In this document: positions 12,229-24,414 of the stretch, in pieces
Position numbering within the stretch: the first letter of the stretch is position 1
Layout of the letters: each line of letters begins with the position of its first letter
Assembly (NCBI GenBank): GCA_019828565.1
Contig: JAHDYR010000038.1
Span: 1,128,552-1,192,551, forward strand
Origin: Carpediemonas membranifera BICM
Taxonomy: Eukaryota; Protista; Fornicata
Length of the DNA stretch: 64,000 bases
Reading direction: 5' to 3'
Position numbers and translations under genes: made by a program
Notes under the pieces: generated by a model
Told to the model about the DNA's origin: nothing
The model's input: the letters and a program-made list of their open reading frames with translations, nothing else
Database searches by the model: none

Positions 12229-12523
12229 GTATTCGTGGTGATTTGCGCGGCTAGACTAGGCTTCCGACACCTGCCGATGCGTTTCGAAGTGTGACCTAAA
12301 GTGCACATTGATCGGCGCGCGCAGGTGCCAGTGATGGTCCTGTGACAGGAAGCCACCTAACTCATACTCCCAAAGGGGAACACCGTCCGCAGATCTGAGG
12401 TAAGTAGAGTAATTACAGTGGAGTATGGCGGCTCCATGCCTGCCTCAAGTGCCAGCAGCTCCTTGCTGCTTTCGGCTGGACCGGGCGTCTCCTTGACGGC
12501 CTCCGGTGCGATGGTTTATGGTG

Positions 12524-14101
12524 TTAGAATGGGAACAGGGTGTTTGCAGTTTGTCGGGTTTGACGAGGGTGGTTGCGGATAGCCTCCCCGATGTAAGGCC
12601 GGAGAGAGTTGCCGTTAGCCCAGGTTCCGAGTTGGAGTAAGGTCTCTATCGGTGTGCCTGCTAGTGCCAGTTCGGAAGCCGCTCCCTTGCGGAAGCTGTG
12701 TAGGCCAATCCTGTTGTCGTGGAAGACTGTGCGTAGCTCCTCTCGCATACGTCGCATTGTGCACGGGGTCTTACGGCTGACTTTCGATGAGGATGTGATC
12801 GCGCGCCAGATGCAGGCGTCCGGTGGAAGGTTCAAGCCTCGTACCCATCTCTTCAGGGCCAGCGCTGGGTTGAATGGGCCTAGTAGGGTGTTGGGTAGTG
12901 ACTTAGTGACCTTTGCAAGCGTCTTTGTGCGACCAAGGAGCAGCTGGGCGTCCCCGTTTGTCTTGAACACGATGTCAGCGCTCGTCAGGTTGAAGATTTC
13001 AGCTCCGCGGCTCACGGTCAGGTAAGCAATCGCGGCGAATAGTGTCGCTTGGTACGTCGCGATGTCGCTGTTCCTGGACTTGATGGCCCTGATCATGTCC
13101 TCCCTTGTGACTGGGGCTGACCCGCCTGTCATGCCGGTGGTGTTGGCGTTGTCTGCTATGCCTCTTCTGATTTGTGGACAGTAGGTGCTGGGGGTCCAGT
13201 CGGAAAAGAGTGGGGCGGCCTTCTCGATCCAGTATCCCTTTCGATCGACCGTGGCTGGTGCATTATACTCGGCCTCGTCCTCCAGGAAGGCTCGGTACTC
13301 ATCGGTGTCGTCCTCGTGTGGGTCGCGGTACTCAAGGAATGCTGTAATCCATCCGGCTACTGAGCGCTTGGACTCGTCTCGGCGCATGTGAGACAGTATT
13401 GGGTGCTGCAGGATTCTGGAGAACGTGTCCTGAAGGCGAGAGCTATGAAGCGGATGGTCCCGTTTGGCCTGGAGAGACGGTCTAGGAGTTGTTGGTCCTC
13501 TGATGCGAAGTCGTCTTTCGGTACTGAGAAGGGAATCTTGCATGTCGCGTGCGCCTTGAGTTGTTGGAGTTCGGGGCTCGTAATGTCTGGCACGACGAGG
13601 AAGCATGCTGAGGTCCACGAGTTCGGAGGGGATGTAGTCGGGGTCGTTAAGATCGGTAGGAGGGTCTGCCATGTCCGTCCCAAGGTCATCGGGGACGGGT
13701 GTGGCGCGGCATAAACGCGGTGTCCGCGCCAGTCCCTGAACAGGCCGTCCGGCCAGTGTTCGATGGTAAACCCTGGGAGGCGTAGAGTGCGGTCTGGGTG
13801 TGCTGTAGCGTCCACGTCGACGGGGCCCCAAGTCTCGAGAATTGTCTCCAGCACGTGGGGTGGGGTGGACAACCCGCGTGACAGTCGGTCTGCGGCGAGA
13901 TTGAGGTGGCCTGGGGTGTGTCGAGCGTGTATGAGGAGCTTCTTGCGTTCCATCTCCTTGTAGAGTATCCTGAGTGTCTGTAGCGCCATCGGGGGGCCTT
14001 TGAGCTGCCCTCCTTGTTGATCCAGGCGACGCACGAGCTGTTGTCTGAGAAGACCGTGAGATTGCGCTCTGAGTCCTGTGCTGGTATGATGCGTGAGCCA
14101 A
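12524..14101 (-). CDS. Tyrosine recombinase of the DIRS-like element (true start probably internal)
   Basis: Catalytic residues: SRGAEI (R), RTKT (K), HSFRKG (HxxR), LGTW (W), RPY (Y). Confidence 0.9.
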   Translation of the reverse strand: MAHASYQHRTQSAISRSSQTTARASPGSTRRAAQRPPDGATDTQDTLQGDGTQEAPHTRSTHPRPPQSRRRPTVTRVVHPTPRAGDNSRDLGPRRRGRYSTPRPHSTPPRVYHRTLAGRPVQGLARTPRLCRATPVPDDLGTDMADPPTDLNDPDYIPSELVDLSMLPRRARHYEPRTPTTQGARDMQDSLLSTERRLRIRGPTTPRPSLQAKRDHPLHSSRLQDTFSRILQHPILSHMRRDESKRSVAGWITAFLEYRDPHEDDTDEYRAFLEDEAEYNAPATVDRKGYWIEKAAPLFSDWTPSTYCPQIRRGIADNANTTGMTGGSAPVTREDMIRAIKSRNSDIATYQATLFAAIAYLTVSRGAEIFNLTSADIVFKTNGDAQLLLGRTKTLAKVTKSLPNTLLGPFNPALALKRWVRGLNLPPDACIWRAITSSSKVSRKTPCTMRRMREELRTVFHDNRIGLHSFRKGAASELALAGTPIETLLQLGTWANGNSLRPYIGEAIRNHPRQTRQTANTLFPF

Positions 14102-14530
14102 AGAGGACTGCGGCGAGCTCCTTCACGTTGATAGATTGTTCCGCCAGTGCGCCCTTGAAAGAACCGTGGGAGTTCGCGGACGTGTTGGTCCACTGGGCTC
14201 CCCAGCCTGTGCCCGACGCATCTGTGGAAATAATCAGCTCTAGTTGCTGGTCCTGAGACCATAGGTTCTTCAACTCGGCGAAGGAGCGGGTTGGTCGGAC
14301 GGCCAGGAGCTGCAGCCACTCCTTGAGGTCTGCTGTGTAGGGGTGGATGTCGACCCAGTTCTCCGTGGCAGAGGGGAGCGTGCGGAGCTTCAGGGTAGCC
14401 CGTCTTGCAGAGGTGGCGAAGAAGGAGAGCTTGCCTACGATCTTCGCCCAGTCTCTCGCGCGGATGCGCTTCTTGACGAGTGCTTCTGATAGGGCCTCTG
14501 CGTACCTCTTGGCCTTGTCGGCGGGGTGTT
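13357..14530 (-). CDS. RNase H plus DIRS-type adenine-methyltransferase-like domain (frameshift at the G6 run near 13991)
   Basis: ISTDASGTGWGA, INVKELAAV, FSDN, HTPGHLNLAADRLSR, then WGPVDVDATA...FRDWRGHRVYAAP, resembling the DIRS1 MT domain; overlaps the YR frame. Confidence 0.75.
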
Positions 14531-15247
14531 GGACGTGGTGTGCAGGAGCAGGCCAAGGAATTCTATGCACTGGCACGGTGTTAAGATGCACTTCTCCAGC
14601 GACGGGATGAGGCCCAGTGCCTCCATCGTCTTGATGATCTTGGGTATTTCCTTGCTGAGGTGGTCTCTGCTGTCGGCTGACAGTAAGAAGTCGTCGAGGT
14701 AGACGTTGACGATTACCTTGTGGCGGAGGGCGATGACCTTTGCTACCTGGACCATAGCGGACTGGAAGAAATAAGGCGCGGCGGTCCAACCGAAGCCTAG
14801 CGTGCGGTATTGGAACGCCCGACCGTCGGGCAGAGCGATGCCCAGGAGCGGTTTGTCCGAGTCTCTGATGGCCAGCTGTGAGTAGCCGGATCTTAGGTCT
14901 ATCTTGGCCATCCAGGCCTGGCTGGAGAGTGTGTTGATGGCACGACGTATGCCGAACAGACGGAAGGAGCGGCGTTCGCGTGTGACCGTGTTCAGCCGCC
15001 TCAGGTCGTGGATCACTCTTATGTCTTCCCCCTTGGGGACAGCAAACAGCGGGGCGCTGTGCTTGAGCTGACTGAGGGGCGTCGGCTCGATGATTCCTTG
15101 TTGTGTCATTGATTCGAGCTTCGGAAGTATCCTCGGGTCGATGGTCCTCTGTGGGGCTGCCGGTGGTGGAGGCGCTGTGATCTCGACGGGGATTCCGTCT
15201 CGTACCCACGCTACTACTGCTGGAGATACCCTGAATTGTTCCCACAC
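14435..15247 (-). CDS. DIRS-type reverse transcriptase (last of six copies)
   Basis: PLFAVPK, RVIHDLR, KIDLRSGY, LGFGWTAAP, YLDD, EFLG. Confidence 0.9.
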   Translation of the reverse strand: MWEQFRVSPAVVAWVRDGIPVEITAPPPPAAPQRTIDPRILPKLESMTQQGIIEPTPLSQLKHSAPLFAVPKGEDIRVIHDLRRLNTVTRERRSFRLFGIRRAINTLSSQAWMAKIDLRSGYSQLAIRDSDKPLLGIALPDGRAFQYRTLGFGWTAAPYFFQSAMVQVAKVIALRHKVIVNVYLDDFLLSADSRDHLSKEIPKIIKTMEALGLIPSLEKCILTPCQCIEFLGLLLHTTSNTPPTRPRGTQRPYQKHSSRSASARETGRRS

Positions 15248-18200
15248 CCGCCATCGCGAACGGGTTGATGGGAATATTAGGAGCGGGCCCGGCGGCCGAC
15301 GCTGCTGGAGCCCTGCTCCTGAAAATTCCGACGCTTACGCTTGCCCTTAGTCTTGGCCTTAGCGAGGATCGTCTCGATCTCCATCTCAGACTTCGGGGGC
15401 GTGGCTCGCAGGGCTGCAGTGGCGTAGTCACAGACGTTGTCGTCGTAGTCGTCCTTGAGGAGAAGGACCTTGAACCGGCTCAGGAGACGGAGCAGTAGAT
15501 CGTTCACGTCGAGTGAGTGCGGGTCCGCGGTCGTCAGGAGACGCATGATCTCGCGTAGGAACTTGGCTTCGTCGCGGGGCCCGTACCTCTTGGGGAGCTC
15601 CAAATCGAACAAGAAGGACGGAAAGCCTTGGAAGGTTCCCTGGGTTGCTTGCTCATCGGTTTCTAGCTCGTACTCTTCTTGTTCTACCTCCCTCTGGATG
15701 GATCTTTCCTCGATGTTCTCCATCTTCGTTTTCATGAACTCCAATGTGGCAGTTACGTTGTTGGTAAACTTTCGGAACTCTTCCTGGGATACAGGAGGTT
15801 CTGCGGACGTGCCCGATGTGCCTTCGGGCATTCGAAATTCTGATGCCATAAACTGCACGTTTCCGTGCGCCCTCTCGGGCGTCTCAGCACCCCGGGTGCC
15901 AATGGGCTCGAGTGGTGCTCGTGTTAAGATGCACTTCTCCAGCGACGGGATGAGGCCCAGTGCCTCCATCGTCTTGATGATCTTGGGTATTTCCTTGCTG
16001 AGGTGGTCTCTGCTGTCGGCTGACAGTAAGAAGTCGTCGAGGTAGACGTTGACGATTACCTTGTGGCGGAGGGCGATGACCTTTGCTACCTGGACCATAG
16101 CGGACTGGAAGAAATAAGGCGCGGCGGTCCAACCGAAGCCTAGCGTGCGGTATTGGAACGCCCGACCGTCGGGCAGAGCGATGCCCAGGAGCGGTTTGTC
16201 CGAGTCTCTGATGGCCAGCTGTGAGTAGCCGGATCTTAGGTCTATCTTGGCCATCCAGGCCTGGCTGGAGAGTGTGTTGATGGCACGACGTATGCCGAAC
16301 AGACGGAAGGAGCGGCGTTCGCGTGTGACCGTGTTCAGCCGCCTCAGGTCGTGGATCACTCTTATGTCTTCCCCCTTGGGGACAGCAAACAGCGGGGCGC
16401 TGTGCTTGAGCTGACTGAGGGGCGTCGGCTCGATGATTCCTTGTTGTGTCATTGATTCGAGCTTCGGAAGTATCCTCGGGTCGATGGTCCTCTGTGGGGC
16501 TGCCGGTGGTGGAGGCGCTGTGATCTCGACGGGGATTCCGTCTCGTACCCACGCTACTACTGCTGGAGATACCCTGAATTGTTCCCACACCCGCCATCGC
16601 GAACGGGTTGATGGGAATATTAGGAGCGGGCCCGGCGGCCGACGCTGCTGGAGCCCTGCTCCTGAAAATTCCGACGCTTACGCTTGCCCTTAGTCTTGGC
16701 CTTAGCGAGGATCGTCTCGATCTCCATCTCAGACTTCGGGGGCGTGGCTCGCAGGGCTGCAGTGGCGTAGTCACAGACGTTGTCGTCGTAGTCGTCCTTG
16801 AGGAGAAGGACCTTGAACCGGCTCAGGAGACGGAGCAGTAGATCGTTCACGTCGAGTGAGTGCGGGTCCGCGGTCGTCAGGAGACGCATGATCTCGCGTA
16901 GGAACTTGGCTTCGTCGCGGGGCCCGTACCTCTTGGGGAGCTCCAAATCGAACAAGAAGGACGGAAAGCCTTGGAAGGTTCCCTGGGTTGCTTGCTCATC
17001 GGTTTCTAGCTCGTACTCTTCTTGTTCTACCTCCCTCTGGATGGATCTTTCCTCGATGTTCTCCATCTTCGTTTTCATGAACTCCAATGTGGCAGTTACG
17101 TTGTTGGTAAACTTTCGGAACTCTTCCTGGGATACAGGAGGTTCTGCGGACGTGCCCGATGTGCCTTCGGGCATTCGAAATTCTGATGCCATAAACTGCA
17201 CGTTTCCGTGCGCCCTCTCGGGCGTCTCAGCACCCCGGGTGCCAATGGGCTCGAGTGGTGCTCGTGTTAAGATGCACTTCTCCAGCGACGGGATGAGGCC
17301 CAGTGCCTCCATCGTCTTGATGATCTTGGGTATTTCCTTGCTGAGGTGGTCTCTGCTGTCGGCTGACAGTAAGAAGTCGTCGAGGTAGACGTTGACGATT
17401 ACCTTGTGGCGGAGGGCGATGACCTTTGCTACCTGGACCATAGCGGACTGGAAGAAATAAGGCGCGGCGGTCCAACCGAAGCCTAGCGTGCGGTATTGGA
17501 ACGCCCGACCGTCGGGCAGAGCGATGCCCAGGAGCGGTTTGTCCGAGTCTCTGATGGCCAGCTGTGAGTAGCCGGATCTTAGGTCTATCTTGGCCATCCA
17601 GGCCTGGCTGGAGAGTGTGTTGATGGCACGACGTATGCCGAACAGACGGAAGGAGCGGCGTTCGCGTGTGACCGTGTTCAGCCGCCTCAGGTCGTGGATC
17701 ACTCTTATGTCTTCCCCCTTGGGGACAGCAAACAGCGGGGCGCTGTGCTTGAGCTGACTGAGGGGCGTCGGCTCGATGATTCCTTGTTGTGTCATTGATT
17801 CGAGCTTCGGAAGTATCCTCGGGTCGATGGTCCTCTGTGGGGCTGCCGGTGGTGGAGGCGCTGTGATCTCGACGGGGATTCCGTCTCGTACCCACGCTAC
17901 TACTGCTGGAGATACCCTGAATTGTTCCCACACCCGCCATCGCGAACGGGTTGATGGGAATATTAGGAGCGGGCCCGGCGGCCGACGCTGCTGGAGCCCT
18001 GCTCCTGAAAATTCCGACGCTTACGCTTGCCCTTAGTCTTGGCCTTAGCGAGGATCGTCTCGATCTCCATCTCAGACTTCGGGGGCGTGGCTCGCAGGGC
18101 TGCAGTGGCGTAGTCACAGACGTTGTCGTCGTAGTCGTCCTTGAGGAGAAGGACCTTGAACCGGCTCAGGAGACGGAGCAGTAGATCGTTCACGTCGAGT

Positions 18201-19470
18201 GAGTGCGGGTCCGCGGTCGTCAGGAGACGCATGATCTCGCGTAGGAACTTGGCTTCGTCGCGGGGCTCGTACCTCTTGGGGAGCTCCAAATCGAACAAGA
18301 AGGACGGAAAGCCTTGGAAGGTTCCCTGGGTTGCTTGCTCATCGGTTTCTAGCTCGTACTCTTCTTGTTCTACCTCCCTCTGGATGGATCTTTCCTCGAT
18401 GTTCTCCATCTTCGTTTTCATGAACTCCAATGTGGCAGTTACGTTGTTGGTAAACTTTCGGAACTCTTCCTGGGATACAGGAGGTTCTGCGGACGTGCCC
18501 GATGTGCCTTCGGGCATTCGAAATTCTGATGCCATAAACTGCACGTTTCCGTGCGCCCTCTCGGGCGTCTCAGCACCCCGGGTGCCAATGGGCTCGAGTG
18601 GTACTCGCTTGCTGGCCGCTAGGCTGCCCTCCTTGTTGATCCAGGCGACGCACGAGCTGTTGTCTGAGAAGACCGTGAGATTGCGCTCTGAGTCCTGTGC
18701 TGGTATGATGCGTGAGCCAAAGAGGACTGCGGCGAGCTCCTTCACGTTGATAGATTGTTCCGCCAGTGCGCCCTTGAAAGAACCGTGGGAGTTCGCGGAC
18801 GTGTTGGTCCACTGGGCTCCCCAGCCTGTGCCCGACGCATCTGTGGAAATAATCAGCTCTAGTTGCTGGTCCTGAGACCATAGGTTCTTCAACTCGGCGA
18901 AGGAGCGGGTTGGTCGGACGGCCAGGAGCTGCAGCCACTCCTTGAGGTCTGCTGTGTAGGGGTGGATGTCGACCCAGTTCTCCGTGGCAGAGGGGAGCGT
19001 GCGGAGCTTCAGGGTAGCCCGTCTTGCAGAGGTGGCGAAGAAGGAGAGCTTGCCTACGATCTTCGCCCAGTCTCTCGCGCGGATGCGCTTCTTGACGAGT
19101 GCTTCTGATAGGGCCTCTGCGTACCTCTTGGCCTTGTCGGCGGGGTGTTGGACGTGGTGTGCAGGAGCAGGCCAAGGAATTCTATGCACTGGCACGGTGT
19201 TAAGATGCACTTCTCCAGCGACGGGATGAGGCCCAGTGCCTCCATCGTCTTGATGATCTTGGGTATTTCCTTGCTGAGGTGGTCTCTGCTGTCGGCTGAC
19301 AGTAAGAAGTCGTCGAGGTAGACGTTGACGATTACCTTGTGGCGGAGGGCGATGACCTTTGCTACCTGGACCATAGCGGACTGGAAGAAATAAGGCGCGG
19401 CGGTCCAACCGAAGCCTAGCGTGCGGTATTGGAACGCCCGACCGTCGGGCAGAGCGATGCCCAGGAGCGG

Positions 19471-19524
19471 GCAAGCTCAGTCCGGGGCCTGACACCAGGC
19501 AAATGTAAATTTCTTTCTTTCTTT
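19471..19524 (+). mobile_element. 54-bp 5'-truncated retroposon remnant with (TTTC)n tail and 16-bp TSD
   Basis: CGATGCCCAGGAGCGG is duplicated at 19455-19470 and 19525-19540. The insert is absent from the five sister RT copies. Confidence 0.85.
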
Positions 19525-22500
19525 CGATGCCCAGGAGCGGTTTGTCCGAGTCTCTGATGGCCAGCTGTGAGTAGCCGGATCTTAGGTCTATCTTGGCCAT
19601 CCAGGCCTGGCTGGAGAGTGTGTTGATGGCACGACGTATGCCGAACAGACGGAAGGAGCGGCGTTCGCGTGTGACCGTGTTCAGCCGCCTCAGGTCGTGG
19701 ATCACTCTTATGTCTTCCCCCTTGGGGACAGCAAACAGCGGGGCGCTGTGCTTGAGCTGACTGAGGGGCGTCGGCTCGATGATTCCTTGTTGTGTCATTG
19801 ATTCGAGCTTCGGAAGTATCCTCGGGTCGATGGTCCTCTGTGGGGCTGCCGGTGGTGGAGGCGCTGTGATCTCGACGGGGATTCCGTCTCGTACCCACGC
19901 TACTACTGCTGGAGATACCCTGAATTGTTCCCACACCCGCCATCGCGAACGGGTTGATGGGAATATTAGGAGCGGGCCCGGCGGCCGACGCTGCTGGAGC
20001 CCTGCTCCTGAAAATTCCGACGCTTACGCTTGCCCTTAGTCTTGGCCTTAGCGAGGATCGTCTCGATCTCCATCTCAGACTTCGGGGGCGTGGCTCGCAG
20101 GGCTGCAGTGGCGTAGTCACAGACGTTGTCGTCGTAGTCGTCCTTGAGGAGAAGGACCTTGAACCGGCTCAGGAGACGGAGCAGTAGATCGTTCACGTCG
20201 AGTGAGTGCGGGTCCGCGGTCGTCAGGAGACGCATGATCTCGCGTAGGAACTTGGCTTCGTCGCGGGGCCCGTACCTCTTGGGGAGCTCCAAATCGAACA
20301 AGAAGGACGGAAAGCCTTGGAAGGTTCCCTGGGTTGCTTGCTCATCGGTTTCTAGCTCGTACTCTTCTTGTTCTACCTCCCTCTGGATGGATCTTTCCTC
20401 GATGTTCTCCATCTTCGTTTTCATGAACTCCAATGTGGCAGTTACGTTGTTGGTAAACTTTCGGAACTCTTCCTGGGATACAGGAGGTTCTGCGGACGTG
20501 CCCGATGTGCCTTCGGGCATTCGAAATTCTGATGCCATAAACTGCACGTTTCCGTGCGCCCTCTCGGGCGTCTCAGCACCCCGGGTGCCAATGGGCTCGA
20601 GTGGTACTCGCTTGCTGGCCGCTAGGCTGCCCTCCTTGTTGATCCAGGCGACGCACGAGCTGTTGTCTGAGAAGACCGTGAGATTGCGCTCTGAGTCCTG
20701 TGCTGGTATGATGCGTGAGCCAAAGAGGACTGCGGCGAGCTCCTTCACGTTGATAGATTGTTCCGCCAGTGCGCCCTTGAAAGAACCGTGGGAGTTCGCG
20801 GACGTGTTGGTTCACTGGGCTCCCCAGCCTGTGCCCGACGCATCTGTGGAAATAATCAGCTCTAGTTGCTGGTCCTGAGACCATAGGTTCTTCAACTCGG
20901 CGAAGGAGCGGGTTGGTCGGACGGCCAGGAGCTGCAGCCACTCCTTGAGGTCTGCTGTGTAGGGGTGGATGTCGACCCAGTTCTCCGTGGCAGAGGGGAG
21001 CGTGCGGAGCTTCAGGGTAGCCCGTCTTGCAGAGGTGGCGAAGAAGGAGAGCTTGCCTACGATCTTCGCCCAGTCTCTCGCGCGGATGCGCTCCTTGACG
21101 AGTGCTTCTGATAGGGCCTCTGCGTACCTCTTGGCCTTGTCGGCGGGGTGTTGGACGTGGTGTGCAGGAGCAGGCCAAGGAATTCTATGCACTGGCACGG
21201 TGTTAAGATGCACTTCTCCAGCGACGGGATGAGGCCCAGTGCCTCCATCGTCTTGATGATCTTGGGTATTTCCTTGCTGAGGTGGTCTCTGCTGTCGGCT
21301 GACAGTAAGAAGTCGTCGAGGTAGACGTTGACGATTACCTTGTGGCGGAGGGCGATGACCTTTGCTACCTGGACCATAGCGGACTGGAAGAAATAAGGCG
21401 CGGCGGTCCAACCGAAGCCTAGCGTGCGGTATTGGAACGCCCGACCGTCGGGCAGAGCGATGCCCAGGAGCGGTTTGTCCGAGTCTCTGATGGCCAGCTG
21501 TGAGTAGCCGGATCTTAGGTCTATCTTGGCCATCCAGGCCTGGCTGGAGAGTGTGTTGATGGCACGACGTATGCCGAACAGACGGAAGGAGCGGCGTTCG
21601 CGTGTGACCGTGTTCAGCCGCCTCAGGTCGTGGATCACTCTTATGTCTTCCCCCTTGGGGACAGCAAACAGCGGGGCGCTGTGCTTGAGCTGACTGAGGG
21701 GCGTCGGCTCGATGATTCCTTGTTGTGTCATTGATTCGAGCTTCGGAAGTATCCTCGGGTCGATGGTCCTCTGTGGGGCTGCCGGTGGTGGAGGCGCTGT
21801 GATCTCGACGGGGATTCCGTCTCGTACCCACGCTACTACTGCTGGAGATACCCTGAATTGTTCCCACACCCGCCATCGCGAACGGGTTGATGGGAATATT
21901 AGGAGCGGGCCCGGCGGCCGACGCTGCTGGAGCCCTGCTCCTGAAAAATTCCGACGCTTACGCTTGCCCTTAGTCTTGGCCTTAGCGAGGATCGTCTCGA
22001 TCTCCATCTCAGACTTCGGGGGCGTGGCTCGCAGGGCTGCAGTGGCGTAGTCACAGACGTTGTCGTCGTAGTCGTCCTTGAGGAGAAGGACCTTGAACCG
22101 GCTCAGGAGACGGAGCAGTAGATCGTTCACGTCGAGTGAGTGCGGGTCCGCGGTCGTCAGGAGACGCATGATCTCGCGTAGGAACTTGGCTTCGTCGCGG
22201 GGCTCGTACCTCTTGGGGAGCTCCAAATCGAACAAGAAGGACGGAAAGCCTTGGAAGGTTCCCTGGGTTGCTTGCTCATCGGTTTCTAGCTCGTACTCTT
22301 CTTGTTCTACCTCCCTCTGGATGGATCTTTCCTCGATGTTCTCCATCTTCGTTTTCATGAACTCCAATGTGGCAGTTACGTTGTTGGTAAACTTTCGGAA
22401 CTCTTCCTGGGATACAGGAGGTTCTGCGGACGTGCCCGATGTGCCTTCGGGCATTCGAAATTCTGATGCCATAAACTGCACGTTTCCGTGCGCCCTCTCG

Positions 22501-23832
22501 GGCGTCTCAGCACCCCGGGTGCCAATGGGCTCGAGTGGTACTCGCTTGCTGGCCGCTAGGCTGCCCTCCTTGTTGATCCAGGCGACGCACGAGCTGTTGT
22601 CTGAGAAGACCGTGAGATTGCGCTCTGAGTCCTGTGCTGGTATGATGCGTGAGCCAAAGAGGACTGCGGCGAGCTCCTTCACGTTGATAGATTGTTCCGC
22701 CAGTGCGCCCTTGAAAGAACCGTGGGAGTTCGCGGACGTGTTGGTCCACTGGGCTCCCCAGCCTGTGCCCGACGCATCTGTGGAAATAATCAGCTCTAGT
22801 TGCTGGTCCTGAGACCATAGGTTCTTCAACTCGGCGAAGGAGCGGGTTGGTCGGACGGCCAGGAGCTGCAGCCACTCCTTGAGGTCTGCTGTGTAGGGGT
22901 GGATGTCGACCCAGTTCTCCGTGGCAGAGGGGAGCGTGCGGAGCTTCAGGGTAGCCCGTCTTGCAGAGGTGGCGAAGAAGGAGAGCTTGCCTACGATCTT
23001 CGCCCAGTCTCTCGCGCGGATGCGCTTCTTGACGAGTGCTTCTGATAGGGCCTCTGCGTACCTCTTGGCCTTGTCGGCGGGGTGTTGGACGTGGTGTTCA
23101 GGAGCAGGCCAAGGAATTCTATGCACTGGCACGGTGTTAAGATGCACTTCTCCAGCGACGGGATGAGGCCCAGTGCCTCCATCGTCTTGATGATCTTGGG
23201 TATTTCCTTGCTGAGGTGGTCTCTGCTGTCGGCTGACAGTAAGAAGTCGTCGAGGTAGACGTTGACGATTACCTTGTGGCGGAGGGCGATGACCTTTGCT
23301 ACCTGGACCATAGCGGACTGGAAGAAATAAGGCGCGGCGGTCCAACCGAAGCCTAGCGTGCGGTATTGGAACGCCCGACCGTCGGGCAGAGCGATGCCCA
23401 GGAGCGGTTTGTCCGAGTCTCTGATGGCCAGCTGTGAGTAGCCGGATCTTAGGTCTATCTTGGCCATCCAGGCCTGGCTGGAGAGTGTGTTGATGGCACG
23501 ACGTATGCCGAACAGACGGAAGGAGCGGCGTTCGCGTGTGACCGTGTTCAGCCGCCTCAGGTCGTGGATCACTCTTATGTCTTCCCCCTTGGGGACAGCA
23601 AACAGCGGGGCGCTGTGCTTGAGCTGACTGAGGGGCGTCGGCTCGATGATTCCTTGTTGTGTCATTGATTCGAGCTTCGGAAGTATCCTCGGGTCGATGG
23701 TCCTCTGTGGGGCTGCCGGTGGTGGAGGCGCTGTGATCTCGACGGGGATTCCGTCTCGTACCCACGCTACTACTGCTGGAGATACCCTGAATTGTTCCCA
23801 CACCCGCCATCGCGAACGGGTTGATGGGAATA

Positions 23833-24414
23833 TTAGGAGCGGGCCCGGCGGCCGACGCTGCTGGAGCCCTGCTCCTGAAAATTCCGACGCTTACGCTTGC
23901 CCTTAGTCTTGGCCTTAGCGAGGATCGTCTCGATCTCCATCTCAGACTTCGGGGGCGTGGCTCGCAGGGCTGCAGTGGCGTAGTCACAGACGTTGTCGTC
24001 GTAGTCGTCCTTGAGGAGAAGGACCTTGAACCGGCTCAGGAGACGGAGCAGTAGATCGTTCACGTCGAGTGAGTGCGGGTCCGCGGTCGTCAGGAGACGC
24101 ATGATCTCGCGTAGGAACTTGGCTTCGTCGCGGGGCCCGTACCTCTTGGGGAGCTCCAAATCGAACAAGAAGGACGGAAAGCCTTGGAAGGTTCCCTGGG
24201 TTGCTTGCTCATCGGTTTCTAGCTCGTACTCTTCTTGTTCTACCTCCCTCTGGATGGATCTTTCCTCGATGTTCTCCATCTTCGTTTTCATGAACTCCAA
24301 TGTGGCAGTTACGTTGTTGGTAAACTTTCGGAACTCTTCCTGGGATACAGGAGGTTCTGCGGACGTGCCCGATGTGCCTTCGGGCATTCGAAATTCTGAT
24401 GCCATAAACTGCAC
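23833..24414 (-). CDS. Putative gag/ORF1 of the DIRS-like element (first of six copies)
   Basis: First ORF, upstream of RT; coiled-coil/acidic segment and basic C-terminus; likely start MASEFR. Confidence 0.65.
   Translation of the reverse strand: MQFMASEFRMPEGTSGTSAEPPVSQEEFRKFTNNVTATLEFMKTKMENIEERSIQREVEQEEYELETDEQATQGTFQGFPSFLFDLELPKRYGPRDEAKFLREIMRLLTTADPHSLDVNDLLLRLLSRFKVLLLKDDYDDNVCDYATAALRATPPKSEMEIETILAKAKTKGKRKRRNFQEQGSSSVGRRARS

Noticed and set aside
12524-14101. Prophage or genomic-island integrase next to a tRNA
   Set aside because: The YR overlaps an RT-RH-MT frame as in DIRS retroelements, and there are no phage genes.
21057-23987. 976-aa RH-gag-RT fusion protein
   Set aside because: It arises from a tandem junction plus one extra base in a homopolymer (about 21944-21948) that the sister units lack.
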